DNA of 64,000 bases from a virus. How positions within the stretch are numbered: position 1 is the stretch's first letter; each line of letters begins with the position of its first letter. Made by a program: the position numbers and the translations under genes. The stretch covers positions 5,087 through 69,086 of the IMG/VR virus record IMGVR_UViG_3300030333_005770. The stretch is one strand, 5' to 3'. Below are positions 19,724-31,100 of the stretch, piece by piece. Below the pieces are notes generated by a model. The model ran no database searches. It was not told the DNA's origin and saw only the letters and a list, made by a program, of their open reading frames with translations.

Positions 19724-21099
19724 AGTCCTATGTATGTTGATTGAGTGTCGAGGTACCCGTCGAATTTTTCTTCCACGTAAGCGACCGCCCTGAGAATTTC
19801 TACATTTGAAAGAGCGACGGGCATAAGGATTTGCTCTGCTCGATTGCAGGATCCGTACAGGGGTTCAGTACTGATCGACCTAGAGACTATGCTCGGGTAT
19901 ACGTTGTAATCCTCGTTTTGCCCGGTGTTTGCTGCCGCTCCATTCTCCCAGTAACGGCCCAGCATGCTTTTGGTGGGTAATCCAGTAACATCCAGAACTA
20001 GAGCACCATCTATAAAGACTTTTTGGTCACCATTTCCCTGAACCCTACTAACAGCAACGTGCAAACGATCCTTCCAAGATGTGGCTACTGTTGGTAGGCT
20101 AACAGACCGTGTCAATGAGTAGTCCGAAACTCCCGACGAGCCGCCTATCCTAAACGATGCGGTAGACCAATTATTTCCACCAGCGTAGTAACTGTCTTTT
20201 CCTACAGCCCATGCTGGTGGGTTGGGATCTATCCATGGGGATCGTGTTGACCATCTCCAGGCGTATGCGTGGGTTTCTTTGGGGTTATTACCGGGGTGAG
20301 TAGCGGTAGCCATGCTCCTCCAAGACTCATGGTAGCTCTGGTTGACTCCAAAAGTGTCTCCATAAATGTTGGCGTTGTTCGGTGCAGCGGTAAAAACCAT
20401 AATTTCCGTAGTACCTTCGTCCATTATACAGATTCTGGAATCATGATTGCCCGTATTAGTGACAGTTGGAGCAAAGTAAGCGGCAAGCGCAGTTGCGTTG
20501 TTGTTGCTCCCATGGCGCCTGGCCCAGTATTGAGCAAGCGAAGGGTCATACCCGACAATAGGAATAGCTGATTGCGTACCCCCAGCCGTGTAATCCATCA
20601 CGCTAAGATTGTAGTGCGAGTATTGTCCTGGCCCGTCAATTGCGAAATCCCAAGAATCTGCCTGGTTTCCAACGTTCCCTGTATATGTCGCATTACCAAG
20701 AACTAGATGCTCAGCCTCAGCATTCAAATGCCATAGGGGCTCAGTACCCAGGAAATGAGTAACCCCCGACTGATCGCTTGGAACGTTATTTGGATATCCC
20801 AAGTCATCAGCACTGGGGAAATCGACAGGTCCAACAACATTGGGGCTGAGTGTTTCGTCAGTCCCACGTGTAAAGGATACCCGGTAAAAATACGCCGTGC
20901 CCGCGTTGGCAGTCATGTCGGTATATTGAACACTTGTCCCTGTGGTAGGAGAGTTGTGGGTGTACAATAGATTACTGGCATCAATAACACCGCCTGGGCA
21001 TGGGTCGCTACCTACATTGCGGTAGACCTTGTATCCGTCATTATCGTTAGCACCGCTGTTGTCGTCGGTGAAGGTGAGTCGTATTCTTGATTGAGCCAT
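19720..21099 (-). CDS. Virion protein with FN3-like N-terminus and LamG/ConA-like C-terminus
   Basis: L.F.DNS...DGYKVYR and YTD......Y.YRV (FN3-like); LHVAV...KVFIDG (lectin-like). Confidence 0.6.
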   Translation of the reverse strand: MAQSRIRLTFTDDNSGANDNDGYKVYRNVGSDPCPGGVIDASNLLYTHNSPTTGTSVQYTDMTANAGTAYFYRVSFTRGTDETLSPNVVGPVDFPSADDLGYPNNVPSDQSGVTHFLGTEPLWHLNAEAEHLVLGNATYTGNVGNQADSWDFAIDGPGQYSHYNLSVMDYTAGGTQSAIPIVGYDPSLAQYWARRHGSNNNATALAAYFAPTVTNTGNHDSRICIMDEGTTEIMVFTAAPNNANIYGDTFGVNQSYHESWRSMATATHPGNNPKETHAYAWRWSTRSPWIDPNPPAWAVGKDSYYAGGNNWSTASFRIGGSSGVSDYSLTRSVSLPTVATSWKDRLHVAVSRVQGNGDQKVFIDGALVLDVTGLPTKSMLGRYWENGAAANTGQNEDYNVYPSIVSRSISTEPLYGSCNRAEQILMPVALSNVEILRAVAYVEEKFDGYLDTQSTYIGL

Positions 21100-21101
21100 G
21101 A

Positions 21102-22502
21102 TTAAACTGAGTAGTAGTATTCTATTTCGTCGGGGTCGTTATTGCCCCCCGCATTGAAGATTAGTTCCGCTTGGTAGACTATTGGACCTTTAAGTATCTC
21201 AGACCCGTCATTTGCAAGGATAACACCTTCGGCGGACAGGGTGGGAGCTACCAGGGGAGCTATTTGCAGGACATAGTCTTGAACCTCGGTATTTTGAAGG
21301 CCGGTGTCGTCCGTAACTTTTAGGGATACTTGTACGGTCTGGGTTGTATCGCCGTAAACCCCAACAGGTAAAGTTACTTGATAAGTAGCACCAGTACCAA
21401 CTTCGGAGTTAAAATTATTTGACCATTCGCGTTGCACTACGGTGCCGTCATCATCGGTACTTGTGTCGGTAAAGGTGACCGTCTGACCGTAATTGAAGTT
21501 TCCGGGTGCAGGTGTAAATTCGGAGTCTGGAGCCGTGGGGGCGACCCCGTAGACTACCCACGAGGATCCGTTCCATATGATCAGGGCTTCTTTGTCGGAC
21601 TCCCATTTCATATGCCCAACATCTGTCCCGGTTCCGCGAGTTGCTCGGGTTGTGACCTCTATTTGACCAGCATCCGCACCTGGGGGGCCTTGATCGCCCT
21701 GTGGTCCTTGCGGTCCGACCGGTCCTTGAGCACCAGCGGCACCCGCTACGCCTTGCGCCCCGTCAGCACCGTCAGCTCCGTCAGTACCTGGAGCTCCCTG
21801 AGAAGCCAATAGCGCCCAGTTGGACGTGTCAACGGTAGGATCGTTGGTCGTTTGGGGACTAGCAAATTCCCAGGCCGTTCCACGGTTTCTAGGGTTGGAC
21901 GGATCGTTCAATTTGCACCAAACATCCACCCCCGCGTCATCTACGACTTTTATCGTGTCCGAATTTACCGAGTAGTTAGTAATAACGTACGAGTTTGAAA
22001 GTGAAAGAGTGAAGGTATTCCCCCCACCAGGCGATCCTATGTTTGTGATCTGTAGAAACACTATGCGTTTTCCATTTTCCGTCCCGTCAACCGTATGACC
22101 AGATGGGTAGACACCTGTTGCGTCAGCAACGTATGGGTTTACTGTAGATATGCAAAAGTACGAAGACCCGTTATGACCAACGGTATCGTTAATGTCGTAT
22201 GCGGTGGCTGTTGCCCATTGGCCCTCCCAGGTCAACCCTGCTGGAGCGACCGCTCCCGCTGTGCCCGCTGGTCCTGCTGGACCCGCCGGTCCTTGAAGCC
22301 CTTGTGGGCCTGCTGGTCCTTGTGCGCCAGCCGGTCCTTGAGCGCCATCAGCGCCATCAGCGCCGTCGTTTCCTGCTGGACCTTGTGGGCCGGCAGGTCC
22401 TGTAGGTCCCGGACCTCCGGGTGCGCCCCCCGCGTCACGCCCAAAAGGACGTACGCGGTCTTGAAAATTAAGAAACGGTTCGGTTTTTGCGTCGATGGCC
22501 AT
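21102..22502 (-). CDS. Collagen-like tail fibre with CBM5/12-like and PKD domains
   Basis: Two Gly-X-Y tracts; W...TAY..ND.V..NGSSY motif; [11 protein letters not shown]...VSLKVTDD.G (PKD). Confidence 0.8.
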   Translation of the reverse strand: MAIDAKTEPFLNFQDRVRPFGRDAGGAPGGPGPTGPAGPQGPAGNDGADGADGAQGPAGAQGPAGPQGLQGPAGPAGPAGTAGAVAPAGLTWEGQWATATAYDINDTVGHNGSSYFCISTVNPYVADATGVYPSGHTVDGTENGKRIVFLQITNIGSPGGGNTFTLSLSNSYVITNYSVNSDTIKVVDDAGVDVWCKLNDPSNPRNRGTAWEFASPQTTNDPTVDTSNWALLASQGAPGTDGADGADGAQGVAGAAGAQGPVGPQGPQGDQGPPGADAGQIEVTTRATRGTGTDVGHMKWESDKEALIIWNGSSWVVYGVAPTAPDSEFTPAPGNFNYGQTVTFTDTSTDDDGTVVQREWSNNFNSEVGTGATYQVTLPVGVYGDTTQTVQVSLKVTDDTGLQNTEVQDYVLQIAPLVAPTLSAEGVILANDGSEILKGPIVYQAELIFNAGGNNDPDEIEYYYSV

Positions 22503-22506
22503 TAAA

Positions 22507-22785
22507 TCATCTCCTCGGTTTAAACATTTCGGGGTTAGCTACTTTTCTATTTTTAACCTCTATTTTAAGGACCGTCTCCGCGATAGATAGCGGCGATAGG
22601 CTCTCAAGCGCGTTAACGACTGCCTTGAGAGCAAGAGTTTCGTCGGCTGGGGTTGATGGGTCAAGGAGCTTCCCGAGGTATCGGGATTTTTCCTTTTGAA
22701 AACGCTCATCAAGCGTCTGAAAAGCTTTATCATTGGTAAGTCTCTTAATGTCAGCAAGCTGATCGAATATAATTACGTCGGTCAT
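22507..22785 (-). CDS. Hypothetical protein
   Basis: 92 aa from MTDVII. Confidence 0.65.
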   Translation of the reverse strand: MTDVIIFDQLADIKRLTNDKAFQTLDERFQKEKSRYLGKLLDPSTPADETLALKAVVNALESLSPLSIAETVLKIEVKNRKVANPEMFKPRR

Positions 22786-22836
22786 AATTTTCCAAGTATC
22801 GGCATAACTACATAATCCCCCCAATAGGGCATTAAG

Positions 22837-22848
22837 ACAACCGGTTGT
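22837..22848 (-). promoter_or_regulatory. Late-promoter box, copy 3 (perfect palindrome ACAACCGGTTGT)
   Basis: Box, 22 bp, GATTAT, 6 bp, ATG (22805) of a 7-codon minigene. Confidence 0.6.
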
Positions 22849-22855
22849 ACGGAGG

Positions 22856-23095
22856 TTAGGCCTTGGCGGTCGGGTTGCGATTGGCTTTACTTATTCCCGT
22901 ACCGTCATATAGAGCGCCTAAAGGAGCGCCATAAGCGGGAAATTCAGCGGAATAGATACGTTCCCGAGTGATAAACTCAGCGGCTACCCGGATTCGGGGG
23001 CGTAAACTTTGAATGCGCCTATTTAATATACGCGCAGGTTGATTCCCGCGGTGGCTTTTAGTTTTGGTGGATGGTTTGGAATGAATATATCTCAT
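22856..23095 (-). CDS. Hypothetical basic protein
   Basis: 79 aa, coupled to the portal stop codon. Confidence 0.55.
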   Translation of the reverse strand: MRYIHSKPSTKTKSHRGNQPARILNRRIQSLRPRIRVAAEFITRERIYSAEFPAYGAPLGALYDGTGISKANRNPTAKA

Positions 23096-25122
23096 TAGGA
23101 TGGTTGTTGGTATTGGTTCTGCCCTTGCGGGTTAGAGTTACCCATGCCGGCGGCAGCGGCGGATACTCCGTCTTTCGGTTGTGGTGATACACCAGGTTCT
23201 TTAGCCGCATTATCCCCCATCATTTTCATGATTTCGGCTTCCGACTTAGGATCTGGTGGTGCCTCTTGAGGCAAAAGTTCATCAGTACGCTCATAACCCA
23301 TAGCGTCAAGAATACGCTTGAGCATGGGACGCATAAAGGGGCGCATTTCGGGAGGAGATTGGAAGTATCTCTCTTGAGTTTGCAAGGCAAGCTGGGCTTT
23401 CTCTATCGCCCGTTGACCTTGGTCCTGAGACAGAACGACCTTTGCATTTATATTTAGACCTTCGATCAACTCAGGGGTCATGGTGGCAAAATGAGAAACG
23501 TCGCCTTCCATGTACTCAAAGACCTCTTCCTCGTCCAAAGTAGCCATGGAAATTTGTACAAGTTTGGTGAGGTGCCCTTCAAAACCCTTCACAATACGGC
23601 GCATCCATCGACGGCCAATTTTCGAAGCTTCTCGGAGGGTGGCCTCAACACCGGTAGCGGTATTCGCTGGTGCGAGTGCTTGGTAGTCTCCCTGAGCCAT
23701 GTTGGAAACACCGAGCCAGAGCTGAACGATTCCAAATACGAAATCGATCAACTCTTGGGTCTTAATGTCAACATTGGGAATAGCGGCGAAGTTTAAGAAG
23801 TCGTCGATGCTGTATTGGTCTTTAAGCTCGAATATTTTACCGGCGTGGAGTTCTACGTCTTCGGGCTCGTCCTCGACAGCATTGGGGTTGACTCCGATTA
23901 TCGGGTTGGCCGCCAATTCATTCCTATAGCTTTGAGCGTTGAACTGGCGATCGACATATTCTTGGAATATAGATATTCTCTCAGGTAAGCTTTTACCACA
24001 CCAGCGGTTACGCTCTTTACCAATAGACACGACGTTGTATGGTAATCTATTATCAGGAGTGAGCTTAGCTACGTACTCGTAGTATAAGATTTGTTTGGTC
24101 TCCGAATCGTAGAACACGCAAAATTCTTGGGGGTCTCCGGTCCCAAGAACATCTCTCTTAACCCAGCACTCAACAATTGGGACTACCGGGTTTTCATTTG
24201 AATCAAAGGTAAGATCCTCGGCCCCCTCATTCTTGTCGATATCGGAACGGGGGTTGGCGTCTTTTTTAACTTTATTGAAATAGTCGGCGTAGCTTACCCA
24301 CTCCCGCTCTAAAAACATGTCCTTAACCCAGTTCAAATCCTTATCATAAAGCTCGGCTACGATATCAGCTTTCTCAATGGATTCAGCATTACTGGGGCAG
24401 AGAAAACGATCGCTGTCTACGACCTCCGACCGTGGACCTTTGTACCGAACCTGTTGAGTGGGGACACCTTCAGGGAAAGGCATGAACTCATGCACCCCGG
24501 GTTCCAGCTTAAAACTAGGGTCTTCGGCCAATCTAAGTTCGGTCTCACCCGTCAGCATGTTGGGCTCCGGCACGAACTCGGAATCACCCTCAAGGATCGG
24601 CCCTTTTCCGGGGAGTTCTTCAAATTGCTGAAGCTCAGCGTTGTACAAGGCATTTCTTTCGCGGTCATACCATGTAGATATGTCTTCTTCGTAGACGGCC
24701 TTTAGTACGACGGCTCGTTGGATGAAAATATGTAAATAAGCCTCTTCCAAACGCTCCCGGGTTTCCGCTCTAGTTTCTAGCTTCCAGTTAAAATATTTAT
24801 CGTATGCTTCGGACATCTCTTCATCCCCGGCACCCTGAGCGTCAAATTTGAAATATGGGCTAGTGCCGGTAATTTCATCCTCTGCACGAGCCATGAAGTG
24901 GTCGACAACCAGAGAGGTCAGAGGTACCGATAGGTTTGATTTGTCGAAGATGGTGTCGTGGGAAATTCTATCGTCCCTGTAATTATTGTATGTCTTCCAA
25001 GATATCCTGTCCGATTCAATTCGGTCCTTATTGTCTTCAAGCAACTGATCCACCCGGTCAGTTAGGTATTTGAAGAGCTTTTTCTCCTGCTCTTCGTTAA
25101 GCTGTAAATTGGATTGTTTCAT
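23095..25122 (-). CDS. Portal protein (P22-like)
   Basis: 675 aa; E.WVKRD..G.G, G.SL.E, GVSN..QG and TATGV motifs. Confidence 0.85.
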   Translation of the reverse strand: MKQSNLQLNEEQEKKLFKYLTDRVDQLLEDNKDRIESDRISWKTYNNYRDDRISHDTIFDKSNLSVPLTSLVVDHFMARAEDEITGTSPYFKFDAQGAGDEEMSEAYDKYFNWKLETRAETRERLEEAYLHIFIQRAVVLKAVYEEDISTWYDRERNALYNAELQQFEELPGKGPILEGDSEFVPEPNMLTGETELRLAEDPSFKLEPGVHEFMPFPEGVPTQQVRYKGPRSEVVDSDRFLCPSNAESIEKADIVAELYDKDLNWVKDMFLEREWVSYADYFNKVKKDANPRSDIDKNEGAEDLTFDSNENPVVPIVECWVKRDVLGTGDPQEFCVFYDSETKQILYYEYVAKLTPDNRLPYNVVSIGKERNRWCGKSLPERISIFQEYVDRQFNAQSYRNELAANPIIGVNPNAVEDEPEDVELHAGKIFELKDQYSIDDFLNFAAIPNVDIKTQELIDFVFGIVQLWLGVSNMAQGDYQALAPANTATGVEATLREASKIGRRWMRRIVKGFEGHLTKLVQISMATLDEEEVFEYMEGDVSHFATMTPELIEGLNINAKVVLSQDQGQRAIEKAQLALQTQERYFQSPPEMRPFMRPMLKRILDAMGYERTDELLPQEAPPDPKSEAEIMKMMGDNAAKEPGVSPQPKDGVSAAAAGMGNSNPQGQNQYQQPS

Positions 25123-28100
25123 ACTGATAGATTAATACCTTGTTTTTGCATCTCGTTAATGAGTCGCGCAGCTAATAATAACCACTTTTCCTCTAGTTTT
25201 TCGACCCGTTGTGTTATCTGAACGTTTGTAAGTGTAGTTGAAGCCTTGACTTTTCTTATCTCCTCGTTCGTGCGTAAGCGCATACTTTCGAGCTTTCTGG
25301 CTGGTGCGGAGTATTTCAGGTACTTAGCATTTTCTTTCTGGTACATTTTCTTGGCAATTGGATCGGATTTGGAATCCAACTCCTTTTCCAAGATGCGCAC
25401 TTTCTCCCGGAAAGAACGGAATTTTCTTTTTGTCTGTCCACCATAAGTAGAGCCCGACCAAAATCTAGAAACGATGGGGATCCTGTTATACCCATCCGTC
25501 ATAGCTTTTCCGTTAATTGCCCCCCATGTTAATAGAGCGCCTTCTTCAAGGGTGGTAAACAAACCACCGAAAACACTTTGCAAAGCATGTCTCATGTGAT
25601 TACCGGCAATATCCCATTTAACATCGTTTACTTCGCTGTAATGTGCGGGATTGTCCCCGAGCAGTCCACGAATGGATCCTTTGACGTTCTCGGAACCTCC
25701 GGCGGCTTCGTTAATCTTACGAGATAATTCTGTCCAGAACTCAGGCGTTCTAGAGGGATCCCGGGTATGTGCGGGAGTGTTTTGCCCCCACATATCTTCA
25801 AACACAATATCCCGGCCCGTAAAGTCTTTATTAGACGCCCATTCCGTGGCCCCCTTGAGAACAGTAGGTGTGACCATAGTTTGTAAATTTCCCGAACCGA
25901 AAGGATTACCCATATCAAAAACAGCGCCCGCCATCCTCGACGTGCCTTCGAGCAAGCCAACACCGTTACGACCGCCGGATTGTGCAAATGCGGCCATATC
26001 CCCAAGCGTTTGGCCAATAGCCCACAGACCTGCGGGAAGACCAAGCGGTATGGGTAATGACCAATGATTTTCAGAACCCATATCGAGATCGTCACGCATG
26101 AACCCGGGAACCATAAATACAATATTCTTATCCCGTTTCCAATGGCTTATTTGATCGTACTTGTTCTCGGTATCATCCTCATCTTCATCAGAAAGTATTC
26201 GATTGAGCATGTTCATCGCGAAGGAGGTCATCACAATGTTCCCAGCCAATTCCATAGCTCCTTTGAAGCCTCGCTTCTTAAGCATGTCCCATGAACGGGC
26301 AGTAGCATTTACAGATGCCCGGAAGAACATGTACAAGGCATTCATATGCATGGAGAAATTACCACCCTTATTGAAGTCAACAGTAACATTCCGTGAAGAG
26401 GTTGCACTTTGCTGAACGGAGGCACCGGCTCCAACCGAGGCCCAGAAGGTACTTATCCGAACGGAGTTTTCAGCAACACTGTTTAAAGAATCCGTCCAAG
26501 CCCAGAAGTTGTCCCACGTAGATTTGACATCCTGAATCTTACCCTCCCGAGCATCCTTAATTTGATCCTTCAAAAGCTCGGGTATTGGTTTATGGCGGAA
26601 GTATCCAACAAGCGCACCTTGAGATTTTGCGAACATGTACATCTTGATCGGATCACCCTCGGCAAGTAAATCCTTAGCCACCTGATCGGGGTTCTTACCT
26701 TTGAACTCACGAGTGTCGAAAGGATTCTTGTTATCAATGTTCAGAGTATTTTCAGCTTCATAAATAGCCTTACCCCACTTGTATATATTGGAAGGTTTGA
26801 GAGCTTCCCCACGGAATCTCTTGGTCTCTTCAGTCTCCCCAAGATTGATAAATGCTTGCATGAAGTCCCGGGCAAAGTTGGGAACCACGAATGCGGGGTT
26901 TTTAGAAGTTACCATTGTGGATATGAAACGCGTAGACACGTTAAATATTTGCATCAATTCCGGTAGAGCTTCGTACCGTAAATTCTTCAATGATTGAGCC
27001 ATCTCCATCCCAGCCATGGTTTCGCGGAATTGGATGTAGTGGGTTTCACCCATCCGACGGAAGACAACAATGGTTGGGTCGTTCTTATATTCTTGGCTAA
27101 TCTCCTTACGAATAACCCGCATGCGCTTGCTGGAACCTTCAACACTAAGAGCTTCGTCTTTCCAATCGTACTCGGTTTTTGGAACCTTACGCACGAAAGT
27201 TTTGAAGATCTTATTGTATTCAGCCTTCATGAGCTCACGAACTTCTTCGTTCTTATGGAGAGCATCCAAATCAAGCCCTTGAAATTCCTTCAATTCTCTA
27301 ACTTCGGGATTTTCAGGCTCAGCACCAAAAGCTATGCGACGCATGGCATCATGCATATCGGCAAAGGAATTAACAACCTCAGCCTTGTGCGCAAGAATAA
27401 CGCCTTCGGAATATGCACGTTCGGCGGCGGGGAATGCAAACTTCGGATCTGGTCCGACCTGGTTGCTCCTACCAAAAGCCCCGTGCTTTAGAAGTCCGCG
27501 AGGCATATCAAAACCACGTCCGGAACTTCCGCTCGGGCTACCAAGCAAGCTCCAGGCTTCTTCACGTTCAAATAGAGTCTGCGTTTCCCCCTCAAACCCT
27601 TGCATAGGTGCATATGCATAGTTCTTGTTAACCCCCGCGGGGAATTGCGGTTTCCATTTCGATTTACCAGTCCAATCAAAATACGAAGCCGCTTGGATCA
27701 TTCGTTTCTCTTCAGTCGGATCAACGAGGTTAGCTGTGGTGCGGTTAGCCAAATCCTCAAGATTCATATCATAAAACTTCTGAATAGGATTATTCGGATG
27801 GTTCATGAATGCTTGGAATGCGGGCTGGTTCTCGATGTTCTTTACGGCTTCTATAGCTGCTTCGGTATCAATACCGGAATTAGGAACACCACGCTCTTCG
27901 GCTTCCTTGATCTTCTTGGCGTTCTTCTTTTTATCCTGCTTAAGATCACGGAGCATGTCCGCGTATTGCTTCTCGTGGTGAATGTTACGAGTGGGGGCAT
28001 TGCGGGCTTGGAACCAAGTACCAACGGTTTCGATGTCAACACCGCTATCGCGAATAGCTTCCATGAAAGGCTCCCGGAAATTCACACGGGCTTGTTCAAC

Positions 28101-31100
28101 GCTGTCGTAACCCTTACCAAAATAGATGTGTTTCTTGTCATAGGTATTCATGGCATCCGCAACTACGGAGTTGGGGTCAATACCAGCAATACCGAGCATA
28201 CGTTCGAAACCTTCCTTGATCGGTAAATCGGAATCCACGTAGTCGAGAGTGAGCCTGCGTTGATCGAAGAAACCCCGACCGGTCTTCATTGCGGAGGCCT
28301 CTTTTCGCGCCTCATTCCATGACTTAAGCTCGTCGGTTGCTACGCTAAGTCGGGATAAGATACCCGCTTGTTCTACGGGATGGCGATTGCCCAACATACT
28401 CGATCCGAGGTAGACATCTTTGACTTTCGCGAGGTCTCTAGCGTCTATCTTTTTGTCTGGCCGGGAGCCATGCACAAGGTCCTGTATGGCTTGGTTTCTT
28501 TTAGTCAAATCTACCCTATCCTTTTTACTTTTGGTGGTTTTATCGAAAGTTTTGGTATTCTTCTTATCGATAATAATACCGCCCAAATCGAGAACAGCTT
28601 CTAAAAGGGTGTTCTCGACCTTAAGCCTGAGAAGTTTCTTAACTGCGGCTACGAAAGCTTGCCAGAGATTAGTGGGCTTCCACCCGGTCTTAAGATCCTT
28701 AACCGCTTCGGCTATGTAATCGGGGGTCTTTATCGAAGCTAAATATTTTTGAAAAGCCGGATTCGAAAGACCTTCGGCTAAAAGCTCTTTAGAATTTCTA
28801 GTGGATCCGTAATCTACAATCTTAGCCTTATCACCCTCGGGTAATTTTAAATGCGCTTCCCTCAGCTCGTACTGAATTTGCTCGAGGATTTCATCGGCTC
28901 GGTACCCTTTCATCCGCTTATTTAGCGTGTCTTCACGAGCCATGTCTTCCATGACCCTCTTATCCCACTCCTCCGAGAATGGGTCCACTTCCTCCTCCAT
29001 CATTTGGGCCTGGTCTCTTCTACTCTTAGTCACAGCGACTGCAAGCTGGGCCTTGGCTAAAACATGTATGAGCTCATGGATAACTGTTTTTGCGTTTGCT
29101 CTACCCGCGACTAGAGTTACATCCATGTCGGCAACTTTTGCTATTTCGTAATCGGTACCCTTGAGATTTCGATAGTCATACTCTGTGTGGGCGAGCCCGG
29201 CAAACGTGTCCGACACATCCGACCGGCTCTTCTTATGTTTGGGGCTTCTTAAAGTTACTAAAGTCGATCGAATGCTCTTTGAATTTAGGAGTAAATCATG
29301 GAGAGATTTAATAAAATCACCCACTCTCGGTAGGTACGCTAGCTCGGCATTAAGTGATTTTTTCAACTCGGATAAACGCTTTGCGTATCCTGTGTCTGGG
29401 AACGCCCGGGACACATTCCGCTGGAGCTTTTCCAAGGTTGCTGGTCTTAAGGCCCGCCGTATAAGCTTAGCCCTATTGGCGTAATCCTTACGCATTGCCA
29501 ACAGTACCTTTGTATAAAACGCGGGTCCGCTGGTGCGTAACGACTCCCGCAAGAGAGTTTCTATTTTAGCACGAGCGCCAGAGCCAAAGTGACTGAAACC
29601 GGACATATCAATGGCTGTATTTTCAGCCGCTGGCTGCCAAGGTGCCCAAACCTCCCCTCCGCTTTTCCCCCGGCCTGGGTCAATACCGAAAACCTTGAAT
29701 GTTTCGGGAAAATAACTTGAGTCAAAAGTTTCTGTCATCCAATGCCGACGGAGAAGCCTCTGTTCCTTAGTGCTAAGATTCCGAGTTTTGATGGCGCCGG
29801 GATCTATTTTCTTATCCGTTCCGTGGATTTCATTAAAAAGCTCCGCGATCAGCGTAAGCTCCCCATCTGGGTCTTTTTCTTGGTTTAGGGCACCCCACAA
29901 ATTTCTAGGGATACCGCCGTTAGCCAGCATCTCGAGACTGTCGAAATCCATGTGGATGCTTGATCCGAGGAGTTGCTGATGCCCTGGATTCCGACGCTGC
30001 CATTCAGCAACTCGTTCAGCAACCGGATTGCCATTTTCAACTCCGCGGTCTATCTGGTCCTGCGTCGTTTGTCTAACCAATACTCCCACCAAATCTGCCT
30101 TGAGTGCCGCGGACGCACTAGACGATGTGTTTATGCTGTCGTAAACTGTACCACCCTCCCTTGGCCCAAGTATAAAGTAATTAGCTTCCTCCCGCCCATC
30201 TTGTTGGCGGGACATATCAATACGCAAGACATCCCCAAACCTTGCGTCCTGAACGAAAAGCTCATCATTTACAGCTAAACTCGATCCAAGGAGTTGATCA
30301 TTCTGCTGACCTTCGTCCGTCGGCTCGGGTCTTTCGACCGTACCCTCATCCGGTGAGACCTCATCTATTCGGACCTCCTCCCGTTGGACCTCAGGTTTGA
30401 TGTTAATCTCGTTGGTCGTTTGGGATTGTTCTTCGAGCAAGATCTGTTGGCCCTCGGCAATCTCCTTATCCAAAAGGTCGACGAAATCAGCTATGAACTC
30501 AACGTCCTCCATTGAAAGGTTTTTCAGCTTCTTAAACTTAATGGTCAGATCCTTGATCGCACCCATCAATGCATCTACCTTGAGGTAACCCTCAAAATTC
30601 TCCTTTGCTTGTACGATCTTATATTGTGCAGCTGCTCTTTTAAGAAGGATCAATTGTTTTTTGATATCCTCACTAGCCCCACTCCCCGTGCCTCGTTTCA
30701 ATAGGTTATACTTATTCCGGATTTTTGGTAGCTCTCGCTTGAACTCTTTCCAAATCTCCGGAGTGATTACGTATTTGCGTAAGCGTTCATTAATTTGCTC
30801 GCGTGTGTGAAAACCTGCTTTTTTCTGAGCAGCATGTATGGCGTCTTGTGCAGCCACCCAACGCTTGTGCTGGGCGGTGCCAAACATCCCCCAAGGTGTT
30901 TTGAGAAGCTTTTTTTCAAGATCATGTAGCCCCAGCTCCTTCTTAATCCTTCTAGTTATAAAGAGTTCAAGCTCCGTGGTTTCCTGTAAAAAGTCCTTGT
31001 TGGAGGGTTTGTCTTCAAAAAGAGAACCTTGTGCGGACACATTAGACATGGTCGCACCTTTGGAGAATTTCATGACTAGATCATTATACCGGTCTATCTC

